From NCBI GenBank assembly GCA_965113315.1, contig OZ220367.1: DNA of 64,000 bases; one strand, 5' to 3'. Both the position numbers and the translations under genes were made by a program. This document shows, piece after piece, positions 27,593-41,945 of this stretch (the first letter of the stretch is position 1; every line of letters begins with the position of its first letter). The stretch comes from Podarcis vaucheri (lineage: Eukaryota). The notes beneath the pieces were generated by a model. It did no database searches and was not told the origin of the DNA. It saw only the letters and a program-made list of their open reading frames with translations.

Positions 27593-30500
27593 TAGACATG
27601 ATTCTGCTGAGAAGGGATAATGGGGCAAGTCCATTAGGAGCGGGGAACCAAGCAATAGGAAAATAAAGACAAGAAAATAATAGAGAGAACTATTTGACTT
27701 GGGGCAAATGAGCGATTTTAAAACAGGAAAAAGCAGCTAACATATTAATCCCTGCTGTGCAGCCTCTGTGTTCTTTTTGCAAATGATTTCTGAATGTCAT
27801 CTAATCCTTCTAAAACTTAGGAAATACAGGCTTGTCTCTGTACGCAATGCTATGTAATCAGAGGAAATTAACCAGATGAAGTGAAGGGAGCTAACTAAAT
27901 TGATAAATCATTGACGGTAAGGAGTTGTGTATGTACTGCATCTAATTGCATTTTGTAAATTAATGCCCAACATGTTCCTGAAGGGTTGGTGTGCTGAACA
28001 TATATGCAAAAATATGCTAAAATACCCCAGTGAGGCTTTGAAATCTGCCTGTTCATAGATCATTGTGCACATCACCTTCAATTGCTCTGGACAGCTTATA
28101 ACAGGGACTTTTTGCAGCCCTTGAATTTATGCAGTGGAAATTCACAATGGAAATTGAACAAACCTCAGAGTCACGGAATAAATCAAATCTCATTTCTCCG
28201 TGTGTGGAGGGTGGGCTTTTTGTCCTGTCCCTTTGCCTTTCCAGCAACTTTTAAATTGTACTGTTTTCACACCACCAGGTCAGATCCACCTTTCCTTTTA
28301 ATGATCAGTTCTTAGTGCTTGGCCACTTCCCTGAACCTTTTTTATTTTTTATTAAATCTGAGCTAATGGCTTCTCAGGTGCCTGGTGCCTTGCTATAGCT
28401 CTGTAACTTTAATTCTTGCATGAGAATTGTTAGGCAGAAAGAATGATGGCCCTCTCAGGAATATAGGAAACTGCTTTATATTGAATCAGGCCATTGAGCT
28501 CATGTATTCCCTGCACCAATGATGGTAAATCTGTGGCCCTCAAGATTTTGCAGGGCTACAGTTCCAGTAATCCTTGAGCCATGCTCGCTGGGGCTGATGG
28601 GATTTAGAGGGCCAGAGGTTTCCCAATCCTTGTCTGTACCAACTGGTAGTAGTTCTCCAGGAAAGGGAGTCTTTCCCACCTGTTTCTGGAGACACCAGGA
28701 ATTGAACCTGGAAGACCAGGTTCTGCATACTAAGGAGGCACTGGACTACTGAGCCTTGAGCATTCTTTAGGCTCACATGTAACACATTTGGTTGGCAGTA
28801 CAGGCCAGAATTCCTAAATGCTTTCTATGAAATGCTTCTTTCACTGATAAGAAAATCTTAAATGATTTGAATGTGCTGCTTCTTTTCTTTTTTCATTTAG
28901 GCCAGGGGTGGTGGGCAACCTCTGGCCTTCCATATGTTGGTCTGCAGCTTCCATCAACTCCAGCCAGAGGTTCCCCATAGATATACATACAGGATGTAAA
29001 TAAGGTTACTCAGGGCTGTAAATACTGTAACATCAGTATATTGGGCTGCAGTCTAGAGAACTGCACAATTCTTCTCTCTTTCTATTTTTAAGGCAGATAT
29101 TTGGACACCAAGACTGGCACTATAAAAGAGGATTGCCCTTATTTTTATTGTATACCTGGAATCCTATTGATTCTCTGCCTCTTTGTAGAGAGGAGGGCAG
29201 AGTTTTCTTTATACCCATGAGAGACTGATGTAACCACTTTCCAAAATCTTAAACAGAATGGCTTGTTTAAGATCCACCCAGCATTTCTTTAGTAGCCCCT
29301 ACAGAGTCCACACCGAAGCCTTAGCAGACATTGTTTGGCTTGTTGGATTTGTGCACTACTTGGTGGGGATATTGAAGAAGTGGATTTTGGGGTATTAGCT
29401 GTAAATTCTTAGTCTAATAGTTATGCATAGTACTCGTCTCTCCTGCCTTAAGCATTGCTTGAGAACTTTTTTTGTTGGGGGGGCAGTGCTTTTTACACCC
29501 TTGGAAAACCTGACTGGCACTTTCTCCCCTTATCTTCTGAGTTGTACTTACTAAAGGTTGCAATGATGAGACTAGCCATAGCATATACGTTTGCTCATGG
29601 CTATGAAGGGTTATCTTTTCCAAAGCCTACCTCACTATCAGGGCTTACAGTTCTACTCATTCCCTCATCCTTGACGGGGAACCATATGCCTAGATCAGAG
29701 GTTTTCAACCTTTTTGAGTCCATGGCGCCCTTGACCAACTACATTCTTTCTGCAGGAGCCCAGTTATGTCACCCTTGCCTGCAGAGCTGGCACCCTCTCA
29801 CCCTTTCTCGAACACGCTCACTTGTGGAGTGTTCCCTCGGTCTCCTCTCCCCTCTCATTGGGAGTCCTCTGAGCTGCCCCTCCCCCACCCTCTAAGAAAT
29901 GTGCTTCCTCACATTACCCCACAGAGATCTGGGACTTGTCTGCCCATTCCCAACAGTGGGTCTGCAGCTCCCAAGTCTCTAAAAGCTTTTTGATTGCACT
30001 GTGGGGACAAAGGTTAATACTGGCTCTTTGTTTTGTAAAGGCAATTTCTTCCAGAAGAAATCTATCAGGCTTATATGTGTGTGCCCAGCACAGAGAAGTC
30101 AGCTGCCTTGCCTGGACCTGCAGCAGCCTCTAGGGTGGAGTTTGGCAGATGTTTTGCATTCGCAGTGGTATCATGAAGGGTACAGCAACGAATTGCTCCC
30201 CTGATTAAATCTGCAGGGTGCACTTTAGGGAATCGGGATTGAATTACCGGAGCTGGAACTTGTTCAAAAGCCTGAGGATGATCCCTGCTGTGATTAACAA
30301 CAAAAACAAACCAACTGTTGGTTCTCTTCTGCTTCAGACATTAACTCCCTGGGTTGCACCTGTGCCCCTACTCCCCCCCCACCCAGTGCATTGCATAAAA
30401 GAGGGGAGTGGTAACTATTATGGATTCTGTAGGCAAGATTATCTGCATTTTGCCATGGAAGTGGGGGAGATAAGTTCAGTTAAATAAAAAGGAAAAGTGT

Positions 30501-31898
30501 ATTGGCTTTTTGATTAAACAAAGCATCTCAATATATAACACAGACCTTTTTCAGTTTTGCTCTATGGAAGCTTACATTTTTTTAAGCAACAGGAGTAGGT
30601 TCTGTTGGAGGTGATATCCTCTGGTGTGAGAGCTATCTCACCCTTCCCTGCACCTGCGCCAGTGATCCTTCCTTCTGATCATCATTGCCTGTTTGAGCTT
30701 TGCCTTCCCACTTCCCAACTGCAGTTTGCCCCATGATGTTATTGTGCCCCCTTTTTGTCAGTTGTAGTCCTAAGAAGCAATTTATCTGGGTGCCCAGCCT
30801 CAGTGACCTGTTACACAAATCATGTTAGTAGTACTTGTGATCTAGAACTAACCTTACTATGGGTTATAACACTAATTTTGCCGTAGCAACTTCGAAGAAA
30901 GGACTGGTGCTGCTTTGGAATGATAGGGAATAAAGAAACAATAGTGTTTGTTTAAAAGAACAATAATTCTTGAGAATTGGAGGGGGGCAGTTTGAGAGAA
31001 GTGCTAATGTGCCTGGATTGAATAAGCAAAAGGAGTGCAAGCAGCATAAGTGGTATTTTCCCTAGTGAATTGTAGCCACGTGATTCTCATTGACTTGAAT
31101 GGGTGTCGTGCTGCTAAAACACTTTTAAATTCAGCCCATTTAATGGCCAGGCTGGGAGCCAGCGGGAAATTACTGCCGTTGCTAATACATGCTTGCATCT
31201 TTGCAAAATCTGAGAGTAAACCTAGGTGGAGGAACTGTGGGTTTTGTACTCTCCTCTCCACCTCCAACCACATCATTTTTCCTCTTCACTGAAACTCTGC
31301 CCAAGTCAGACTGTGGTCCCTGCCCCCACTACGGTCTTGAACAGTGCACAGCACAAGGCCTAATCTAGTTGGTAACTTTGAACTACTGCTAGACCATTTT
31401 ACTGTGTCCTCAATCTTGGCTGTGTGGAGAAGTGATTTGTTAGCCTCTTGGAGTATTGCAACAATAATGTCGTCTACTGTGCAGTAAAGCAAATGAAAGA
31501 TGATTTTCTCCCCAGATTTACAGCTGTGTTGGCCTTGGGGTCCTGGCTGTGTCATGACTCCAGAGTCTAGCAGCAAACCAGACTCTGAGGCTGCAGCTAA
31601 GGAGCTGTTAGCCTCAGAATTTCATGTAACAGAACGCTATCCAAATTCACTTATCATGGGAGTTGGCTCTCTCTCTGGTGAGTTTGAGCCCCAATTCCCT
31701 CTCTAGCTCTGAGCTTGGGAGAAGGGCAGAGGTTTGCCTCTGCTATCAAGTTATTCTTTGGAGGCACTTGCTGCACAACCCAAAGTTCAGGATGATGTCA
31801 GACAAGCTCTTGCCCCTGCTTCAGCGACGAGTAGAGTTGATGGTGAGCAGCTGTGTATCACCTTCATTTGAAAGAATCTGGAAATGGACACGAAATCT

Positions 31899-32170
31899 TA
31901 AGAACACAAGAAGCATTTGTTGGATCAGGCCAATGGCCCATCAAGTCCAGCACCCAGTCATCACATTGACCAACCAGATGCTGGTTGGGAAATCAGCAAA
32001 TAGGACCCAAGCACAAAAGCATTTGCCTCTCTTGTGGATTCTAGCAATTGATATTCATAAGCATACTGCTTCCAACCATGGAGGCAGAGCATAGCCATCA
32101 TGGCTAGTAGCATTGACAGCCTTCTTCTCCATGATAATCCTATTTTAAAGCCATCCATGTTGATGGCCAA
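31899..32170 (-). mobile_element. CR1-type LINE 3' end fragment
   Basis: Matches, in reverse, the ...GGACTAGA...TGATCCAGCA...TTATGTTCTTA 3' end also seen at 59030-59318 and 60205-60279. Confidence 0.65.
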
Positions 32171-32791
32171 CAGTTCTACAGCACAGTCATTTAGGGAGTC
32201 TAGGCATTTTACCTTTTGTCATAGGTGGAACGCATATGCAGCCATTTTATGTGAGGATACTTGAAGCCACCCATTACTACAACAAAATTCCCATGATATG
32301 CTTATATCGGTCACCAGAAATTCTTTGTTGCATTGAAAATGCAAACTAGGCCCAGGTGGCAGTGCAATTTTGTTTTGAACAATTTTGAAGTTGGCAAATA
32401 TTTGGTTTATTTTGGAAAGTATGCCCTTGGTTAATGCAAATCATTGACTTTGGCTACTGAGGGATGCTTTTAAAAGCTATGAACACTTAATTCATATGTG
32501 TTCCTTCCAGCTGAACTAATGAATGTATACAGTAAACAATAGAGAGCACAGCTAAAGTAAAAAGAGCCAAATTTGTCTGGGAAGAGAATGTTTTGCCAGG
32601 TTCAGTTGTGTATCCTCTTTAAAGGGCTCCAGCTACTTTACTGTTGCCAGAATGGTACACACACCCACACATCCACACACCCACACAGAGCGAGAACCTA
32701 AGACCATTTTTAACAGCATACTTGCTAGGCCTGCCTGAGGGAGGAGCTGGACTCCAGGACAGTAACCTGCCTTCCCCAAATACCATGTAGT

Positions 32792-32851
32792 AGAAGAAGA
32801 AGAAGAAGAAGAAGAAGAAGAAGAAGAAGAAGAAGAAGAAGAAGAAGAAGA
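32792..32851. repeat. (AGA)n microsatellite, about 20 units
   Basis: Read directly. Confidence 0.97.
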
Positions 32852-35499
32852 TTCTCCTCCTCCTCCTCTCCTCTCCCCTCCCCCACCCCCAGTTTGGTCC
32901 TACTTCTACTCATTTGTAATTTCTGCTAGTTTAGTATCCGTAGTACATTATCTGAAGAATGTAGTGAGACTCAACTGATAGCTCCATCTGCTTGAACTAA
33001 CATACGAGAATGACTTGATTCTGTGGTTAGTCGTACGGATAACTGCTGATAGTCTGAAACAGCACTGCTGTAAAAACCTTTCAATTTGGATCATGAACCA
33101 CAGCCTGCTTAGCCATTCTGTCTACAGCTCAGCATATTTGTCTGTGGAAAAGTGGTCTCCTGCTTCAAATTCTGGCATTGTGTGTTCTATGCCTCTACAA
33201 TAAAACGGAGTAGGGCACTTCAATTGATCAGGCGCTAACTATGTAACTATTGTGGATGCTGGTTTTAGTCCAGGGCTACTGCTTTAAATTTCTATTCCGC
33301 CTTTCCACACAATAGTGTTCAAGATAACAACAACAAATGAGATACAATGCAAAATAAAGTAATTGCACAAAATACTCAGCTGTTTATAGAACAAGTAAAA
33401 AACAGATCAATAAAGCAGTGGCTATTTAACAAAAGGCAGGCAGTAGATGAAACAGATCAGTTGTTGAGCATCACCAGCAGTTTGAATTGCACTTGGAAAT
33501 AGACTGTTGGCCAGTGAAGATGTTGTATGAAGAAAGTAACATACTGCCTATAACCAGCCCCGGTTAGCATCTTGGCTGCAGCATTCTGAACCAGCTGAAG
33601 TTTCGAAGCACTCTACATAGGCAACCCTACACAGAGTGAAAATACAGTAGTCCAGATGAAATGTAACCAAGACATGTGCCATATGGCCAGATCTGAAATT
33701 TCTAGGAATGGACACTGTACACTAGCCATAACTGTGAAGGGCCATTCATGTAATGGTTCTAATGTATGTTCCTTAATAAATACCTTAAATGAAACTAGAT
33801 TCAGATGCATTCACTACTTCTTCATTTGCTGAGATAACACGATGTTTGTTAATGTGTTGAGTGCTCTAAGGAACATTAGGCTGAATTGAAAAGAAGTTGG
33901 GATTTTTTTAAAAAGTAGAAACCATGGAAACTTGGACAAAGCTTCTCTTGGTCAGGAGTAGTGTTTATGCACAATTCCCTTCCCTTGTCATTTGTGCAGT
34001 TATATATTACTTTTTACCTTGCTTTCTCGCTTCCCCAAGGCCTCACCTAAATGTTCAGCACACTATGAAAGACTAAGTGTTGCAGTAAATTACATAATAG
34101 TTCAGAAAGTATGCAAATTTAATTTAGTAAATACTCGAGTGAGGAATTGGGATTTTGGTGGAATTGAGCTGAACACTGTTAATGGATCTCAGATGAATAT
34201 TGTGGGTGGTCCAGTCACAGTCTAGAAATCTAGAAACAGTTACAAAATGTGCTGAGTGTTTTGTTTTTATTTAACATCTAATTATTTAGTTACGTACTTT
34301 GTCTTTGCTGCTTCTAGGAATTAATTCCAGCAGAGACTTCAGCTGCATCAGCAAATTCTTAAGATGCTGTCTGCAGACTGATACAATTTTTCAGCTTTTT
34401 CTGTATTAATTAGAACACTCTTGTAAAATTTGTCAATTATCTGTTGTTTTATGTACAGATGCAGTCACTTCTTTCCAGTTAAAGTGATAAGTCTTTCAAT
34501 TACAGGAAGAAATTATATTAGCAGCTAATAGTTTCCAGAGACATGCTTTTGGATAATGGATTGGCATGTTAAGTGTTGGACCATTTTTGTGACATACAGT
34601 GCTTAATTAACTTTATTTGTTTTGGAAGAATGCATAGGAAATAGCTGTTTAAATTAAACATTGGGCTGATCTGTCCCATCTAGCTGTATTCTGGAAGGTG
34701 AACACTGCAGGTCTAGCAGTTCATTATATTTTGCTTTGAAAGGGTTTTGGTTAGGATGGTCTTCCCCAACCTGGTGTGTGCCAGATGTGTTTTGGACTAT
34801 AACTTCCATCAGCTTTCTGTTGCAGGGATAATATAGGTTGCCACTTTCAAAAGAAACTAAGGCAATTGCATCTTTGGCCTATCTTCTCAGCTGTTTCTGA
34901 AATAACCTCATGACAGATATTACTGCGAGTTCGTATGACCCCCTTTGTGTGCTCAAATTAGGAGGGGAAAAGCAAAATAGGGGCACTAATTGCACAACCT
35001 TCCTTGTTTCCAAGGTAGCTATTAAAATCTTAACACTTTTCGATTTCCCATATATGCAGTTCCACAGTCCCCAGAGCTACAATTATGTCCTTGCCGTGGG
35101 GCGTTTATTTTTTCTTGTTACTAAACCTATAAGAGAGGTCATGGAGTGAAGGCCTATTCAGTGATAACATGGTGAAAGATAGATCTAATCTTCAACAATA
35201 CATACCTGTGTGAAAATGGTTACAAGTTCCTTCTTAAAGCGAGAATCTGACGGGTTTCCTCCTCATAAGGAACATCATTTTCAAATGTTGCAACAAACAG
35301 GCTATCTTTACATGTGCACAGCATTTAGACTATATGCATAGCATTTAGACTATAGCCCCACCCTGAAGTACCCTTGATGGGTGCATAGCATGGTTAAAAC
35401 CTGTGACGTTTTATATAGAAGTGTTCCTGATATGCAGAATGTAATAATCTGAATTTTTTTAGTGCCAATTACCCAAATCAGGCACATTCATAGCACACA

Positions 35500-35990
35500 T
35501 GCCCCAAACACCATCTTTTGATATTGTTGACATCCATCTGTCTCGATAGAGGAAGAATGTGCCATTAGGGGTAAGTGAAATTGCTGGAGAGTTACAGCAC
35601 CTGCTGTAGCTGTAGAGACCAATATGAAAGAGACATGTTTTAATGCAGCTGGGGCAGATGAAGGTGTCCGCTTCTGCTGATGAATGTGTACTATGGTGTT
35701 TCTTCTCTCTGTGGTCCTCCTAGCGGTCATTTCTCCTCTTGTCACTGCTGACTGTCTCCAGACATTGCAGTTTTAATGTTGCCAGCCTTCATATCATGTT
35801 TGCAGACATCTTTATAACATGATCTGCCAGCAGGCCTGGAGCCTGGAGCCAGCTCCTTGGGGATCCTGCCATCTTCCATTCTGTGTCCAAGACCAAGCCA
35901 GTGTAGATGTCACTGAGACAGAAGCGTGAACATGCTGAGAATGTTGGCTTAGAAGAGCACATCTTTGTTTGAGACTCTGTCCTGCCATGT
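35500..35990 (-). mobile_element. Degenerate RTE-clade LINE 3' fragment
   Basis: Minus strand gives RMEDGRIPKEL and YKDVCKHDMKAGNI, typical of the RTE ORF C-terminus. Boundaries are approximate. Confidence 0.6.
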
Positions 35991-38694
35991 GATGTTTATA
36001 TTAGGAAAGCCAATACTGATTTATCAGGAAATGTATTCTAACACTATAAAATATAAAGTCTCTCAGTAATTCAGTAGGATTTTATTCCATCAGAAACAGC
36101 CTTTTTGCACCTCTATGTTCCCGTGATAGTTCAAGAAGTTCATTCAGTTATCATACTAGTGATGTGTTTTGGATGCTGTCTCTGCCTTCCATATTAATAG
36201 GATACCAATGTGGCTGGGATAGATGTTTGTTTGTTTTTTAACTCACTGTGCAAGAGGTCTAGTACCTGCCTCAGATCAGCATCTCTGACTGTAGTTCCTG
36301 AAACAACAACATGGCTGAGTTGCAATAGTTACCTGATCTTCTTATTTGCAAAACTGTATTTGACCATACAAGCACAAGAGCTTAAATTCTCACAAGTTGC
36401 TTAATAAGATCCATGTTTCTTCTATACATGGACAAAAATCTGTCTTTTGGAATGATTGGGAAACAATTCATTTTTGCAGAGAACATCATGGCCTCTTGGT
36501 TCATGAGAACAACATGTCTAAATCTTTGACAGTAGTGAGGATTTCCACCAAGTGGACAAAACGAGCCTGCTCCTAAAAATTCTTGGACTGACACCCTTCA
36601 TTTGCTCCATAGCAACTGTAATGTGATGCTCACTCAGACAGCCTCCTGTATTGCAGATTGTCATTTGCAACTCAAGTGTTGTTCCTACTTACTGAGATGC
36701 AGAGAAATTGGTAATGTGCAAGACTGTTGCCACAAGTTGCGGCTTGTTCAGGGATTGACCTCACTGTACCACCCACATCTTGCATCCCTAAGATACGGCT
36801 GGCAGTAGCAGGGTGGTAGCTGCTACTTCGGGGGGGGGGGGACAAGCTGCAGAGAAATCTGGAGCAGGGTTTATCTGAATGAAGAACAAAGAAGATTTAT
36901 CAAAGGAGCCAGCTCTGTTCCAGCTGTGAGTGGCCTCAGCCTAGATCTTCGAATTACATAAATTCTAAACTGCATTTGTCACTTGTGGAAAGAGAAGACG
37001 ATTCAGGCAAAACCACTGCAAATGCCAGGGTATAAATACTGGTCCTCAACAGAGTGTAAGAATGGGGAACTGAGATTTGTGGAAGAGCTGCTCCCTGCCG
37101 TGTTCTTGGCTTAAAAACCATTGCAGCTATTCCCCTGCCTGCTGGACCTCTCTTTTTGCAAAGCTCCTAACAGGTATTTTTGTGTGCCATCTCTGCCCAC
37201 AAATTGACGCTTACACATCTTCAGAAAGTGAGGTGATATTTTTAAAAGCTGTGCCAATCCAATAGGGACAATTAAGCTTTGTCTCTTTCTGAGGTTTTTT
37301 CCCTGAGAGGCTTGGAATACACGCCTCTGTTTGCTGCTGGAGTTGTTGTTATTACTTATATTTGTTAGCTGATTTACACAAAAGTAAGTCTCAAAGCAAC
37401 TTAACAAGATAACAGACCACAGATAAAACAATTAAAACCAGAAAATTTAAAACAATGAAATCCAAAATACTTAAAGCATTTATCCACCCCACTAAAGGTG
37501 ACCATCACCATAGGAGCCAACGATTAGCAACGGTCTGAGTAATAATGATGGCACCAGGTGCATTTCCCTGGGGAGAACATTTCACAGATGGCTGGGGAGG
37601 TCACTACTGAGAATGCCCTTAAGCAACAGAACTTCATGTGCAGCAGTAGGAGGCTGATGTGACTTATGTGTTGCACAACAGCAAGAAAGCCCAGCCAGAA
37701 ATGATGTCAGAGACTTCAGGTCAATGCCCAGGAACAGACAACCATTTAAATATGAAAGGAAAGTAATTGATACTAAACTTAATATGCCTTTTTTAATTTT
37801 AAAAAAACCCAGTGTTGAGAACTTGTGTGTGCAAACTCTTGCATTCTCACTGCCTCCTCAGGCATTTAAAAATAAGATCATGGTAGCTTTTTCAATGTGT
37901 CATGGTAAGAAGCTAAACAGGTGAGAACCTTGTACACACTGCCTTGAAGCACACATTCAGAAGACAGCTCTGTTCAGAACCTCCTTCCCTTTCAAGTACA
38001 CTTCACCTTCTTTCTGTGGTTAATTGCAGATGACTTGAATCTGTACAGTTGGCAAGAGGACAGAGTTCTGATTCATGGAGCTGTGGTGATAGCTTTCTAT
38101 TTAACTGTCTGGCAGAGGGTGTATTATTCTATTATGCTCAGTCCCTAGTGGCTAGTTGCATTCGGGAGTGAATTATTCTTCCTCCTGGGTCTGATCTCTG
38201 TGCTTGAGGTCTACGCTTTCAAACACTTATTATTCCCATCGCAACCTCGGCACATATGCAAGAAAATGGCCAATTGAATCTGTAGATAGCTGTTACTGCT
38301 GGTGATTTTTTCCTCACTGCCAGTAAACCTGACAAACAGAATCAAGGAAGGAGCCTGTTTTCAGAGGAGGCAGCCTGTTCTAGCAACAGCTGGATTGCTG
38401 ACAAAACTATTCAGAAGTGACCTTGCAGCACATCAACATTTATTCTTCCACTGCACCACCCCATTCTCTGTTGTGTAATGCATAGATTGCACCTGTGGAG
38501 AGCATCTTCGAGGTGCTAGGCAGCACATTTTTATAGATCTACTTGGCAGAGCTCCTCCAAGTTTGGCAGATTCCTCTTCCATACTCATTTCCCATTAAGG
38601 CAGTAGGATTCCTGTACGCTCACTGCTGAATGCTGTAGATTGAACAATTTTCAACAAGCTGATTCTTCTTTCTCATTGTATATTTCTGGTGCAG

Positions 38695-38811
38695 GTTTTG
38701 GAAGTGGTGCGCTCCAACTATGACACCCTCACCCTAAAGTTGCAGGATGGGCTGGACCAATATGAACGTTACTCGGAGCAACACAAAGAAGCTGCTTTCT
38801 TTAAAGAACTG
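38695..38811 (+). CDS. ARMH3: ARMH3 penultimate coding exon
   Basis: TGCAG acceptor, GTGAGT donor; 117 bp encoding [39 protein letters not shown]. Confidence 0.95.
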
Positions 38812-40766
38812 GTGAGTTTCAGCTCGTGAGTAGGAGCCTCAAAGTCTTGGCCCATGGTCTACTTTGCAGAGCAGACACAGCACAGCCAGAACGTCCCTTT
38901 TATTATCCAGAAATATGACTGGCACAGGTGACAAACTAGTGTACTTTTCATTAGGTCACTTTGAACAGGATGCTGGCGAGACATGATTAGGGAAAGAAGG
39001 TTTTACCTCCATTCATCTCAGGGTTTCTTGCACTCTTTTCCTGCATGTTCCTGAAGGAGAGAGCCAGAGAAATCTCATGCTGATTGAACCTTCCAGCAGC
39101 TCATCAGATGAGCATGTTCCAATAGTTCCATTGACAGAACATGAATAAGGGTGGTTTTTCATTTGAATTTCCCAAGAGGGAAATTGCCAAACACAGAAGC
39201 TTGAAACAGCCATGTTCAGAAACAGCCATGGTTGTCCTGATCTGTGCATTCATATAAGCAGGTGGCATATTCCCCTTCCCTTGTACCACGTTCTCTGCTA
39301 CTTTTTGTGCATCAGCTGTGAGCTGCCTAAGTTCTCTCCTCCCCCCCTTTCTTCCGGGAATTGTTGCTGCTCAGTATGCCCTGCTGTTCACTAACTTTAC
39401 ATTTCCCTTGATTAAAATGCAGATTTGCTTTTTCCAATTTTCTGAGATTATACTTTTTCCAGAGTCCATCCTCCTAAATGCTAGTAGTTTAGATTCAGTT
39501 TCACCGAGTATAGCTAACACAATTGCCAGCAGTCTTCCTTCCTCCAGTTTTTCTATCAGAAATGTTCAAATGGACTCTCTTCCCAGTTGAATGAAGACAA
39601 GGAAGCTTTCGTCATTATTCTTCATCTGATGATTGAACAAATGCAACCAGTTTAATCCCTGTTTCTCTAGAGACTTCTTGAGCCTCTTACAAGCCAATCT
39701 CTGAGAACTACAATAAATGTTTTGTGTATTCCCTGAGTTTGCTATCAAAGCAGAAGGGAAGAATCCAATTGACCTGGTTTGGTTGTATGTTGACAAAATC
39801 CCATTATTTACCAGTTAAGATCTGCTGCCCTATTTAATAGTAAGGGGGTACATCCTCTGAACCAAACATGTTCAACATTAAATTATGGAAATGTCCCAGA
39901 TCCGCACTGTTTATTTTGATTGCTGTGTTCTGAATTTTTATGCAGAATTATGTACATTTATCTATGACTACAATAGAAGGTGATCTACATGGAAACACAA
40001 AAGGTTCAACTAGTTTAGCATTCTGTTTCTTACAGTGTCCCTGAAGGCAGCTGTCATGACTTAACAGACCTATCACCCATGCTTTTCCCAGTCCTCTTTT
40101 AAAACCATTGAAACCAGTTGTCCTTGCCACATATCATTACAGTGAATTCCATTTAAAAACATAGAGAAAGGAACAAGTGTACAAGCTCTTAGGTTTCTTC
40201 TCCTGGCTTGTGCAGGATGCAGAAGAAACCTTATTGGACTTCAAAGCAGTAAACATCCATCCAGGACTCAGGGCTTGCACCACTTGTGGCTCAGTTGTGT
40301 ACTGAAGCTGCATGCCTGGGAGCTGTTCACAGTCCTGCCAACCTTGCATCTAGCCAATTTCCCACTCTGTCTTGCCACTGCTATTGGACCTCCACTAGCT
40401 CTAATCCTGACCTCGCCACCACATCCTTCCTCCAATTTACCTCTGGGTTGAATGCACCCAATTCCCGAGAGCCCTATCTTGGCCCACAAGCTCTGAACCA
40501 CCCGAGACACAGAGACAGACTGAGGAAGGAAATTTTTCAGCCATCTCTGCACTTGGATAGATTCCAAGCAGCATGAGAGAGATTCATAGGCTGTTTTGAT
40601 CTGACTGAACATCCTTGTGGTTGTTGAAAGTCTTAGTTTGTTGGTAGGCTTTCTTCCCCGAGCCAATCACGTTGCAACAAAAGCTCACCTATCAGGGGTC
40701 TCCTTCAGTGCCAGAGGTGCTGGTCTGTGTAAGTGGTATATGAAATGACTGTCCTCTCTCACACAG

Positions 40767-40859
40767 GTTCGATCCATCAGCATCAATGTCCGGCGAAATC
40801 TGGCCTTCAACACGCTCAGCCAGGAAACCTTGCTTAAAGAATTCTCAACCATCTCCTGA
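40767..40859 (+). CDS. ARMH3: ARMH3 terminal coding exon
   Basis: CTCTCTCACACAG acceptor; [30 protein letters not shown] matches the ARMH3 C-terminus as recalled. Confidence 0.95.
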   Translation, partial: VRSISINVRRNLAFNTLSQETLLKEFSTIS

Positions 40860-41633
40860 AGCGGAGTTACCATCCTGCTTCCTGGCCAGTCCTGGCATCA
40901 CTGAGTCCCTTTCCCCAGCATTGGCTGTAACTCCTGATTGTGGGGTGGTCTATCCCTAGTGCTTGTGTGGTTTTCCCCAGGAATCATCAAGGGAAGAACT
41001 GGACTTGTCCCACATTCCTGAGCACAGAGAACTGGTGATGTTGACTACACTGTGGAGTTGGGAGTGAGGAAGAGGAATATGTAGTTACCGCTTTTTCTCG
41101 CTTTTCTCTGTGCAGCAACTATTGTGCAGGGATAAGAGTTTTTCCCCAAGTGAGCAAAATTAGAGCAAAACAGTGTTGTTGGGAGAGCTCATCCTTCTGA
41201 TTCTCTGCAACCTGTCTGATGATGGACAGATGCCGAGGAAGAGAAAGTAGTGCAGGCCATGGGAACTAAGTCCTTTATAATAAGGGGCAGATTGACTGAA
41301 CTTCTGTCTATAAGTTATCTGCTTGACTTGGGTGCTTTGCATCTGTTGCCCATGTGTATTGCCAGCCCCATCTCAAACTGGTGTGGAAATTACCAGCTGA
41401 AGTCTCTGCCCTTCACTCTGAGTTAGGGCCTCCTGACTGAATGGTGCTTGCAAGAGGTTCTCTTCAAGAGGTTTCGCAGTGTCCTGCCTAAAACACTTGG
41501 TCTCTGGAGTTCCTGAACTAAGAGGTTATCTCTATGAGCTCACCTCTGCTATTCCTACTGCCCTGTTCTAAGACTCTGGGGATTAAGGATATGAATATAT
41601 GCCATTGATTCCCCACCCCCACCCCATAGGACC

Positions 41634-41945
41634 AATAAAAGAGAGTGCCCTCTGCTTTTATTGCTAATACAGTTGTTGTGTATCAGAGGGAACCCATTTT
41701 TTCCTGTTTCCAGTAGGTTAACTAAGCTCCTACATTAGGTTCTTCAGCATCTCTTCCCCTGGCCTGATACTCCTGGATCCCCAAGGTGCTGATATGGTGA
41801 CCAAGTGCTCCTATCCACATTTTCAGTGTTTAGTCCATTCAACACATACACTGCCTATGCCAAATTTCACGTTGACTGAAGCAGAAACTGCTTAGTTCAC
41901 CTTCCCTTCCTCTGTCAAAGTCTACCTTCTCTGTGCTCCAATAAA
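41634..41945 (+). terminator. Candidate ARMH3 polyadenylation signals (AATAAA at 41634-41639 and 41940-41945)
   Basis: Canonical hexamers 0.8-1.1 kb after the stop codon; the first is followed by a T/GT-rich stretch. Confidence 0.5.

Noticed and set aside
13117-32913. Poly-Leu ORFs at 13117-13386 and 32725-32913
   Set aside because: Translations of (TAA)n and (AGA)n microsatellites.
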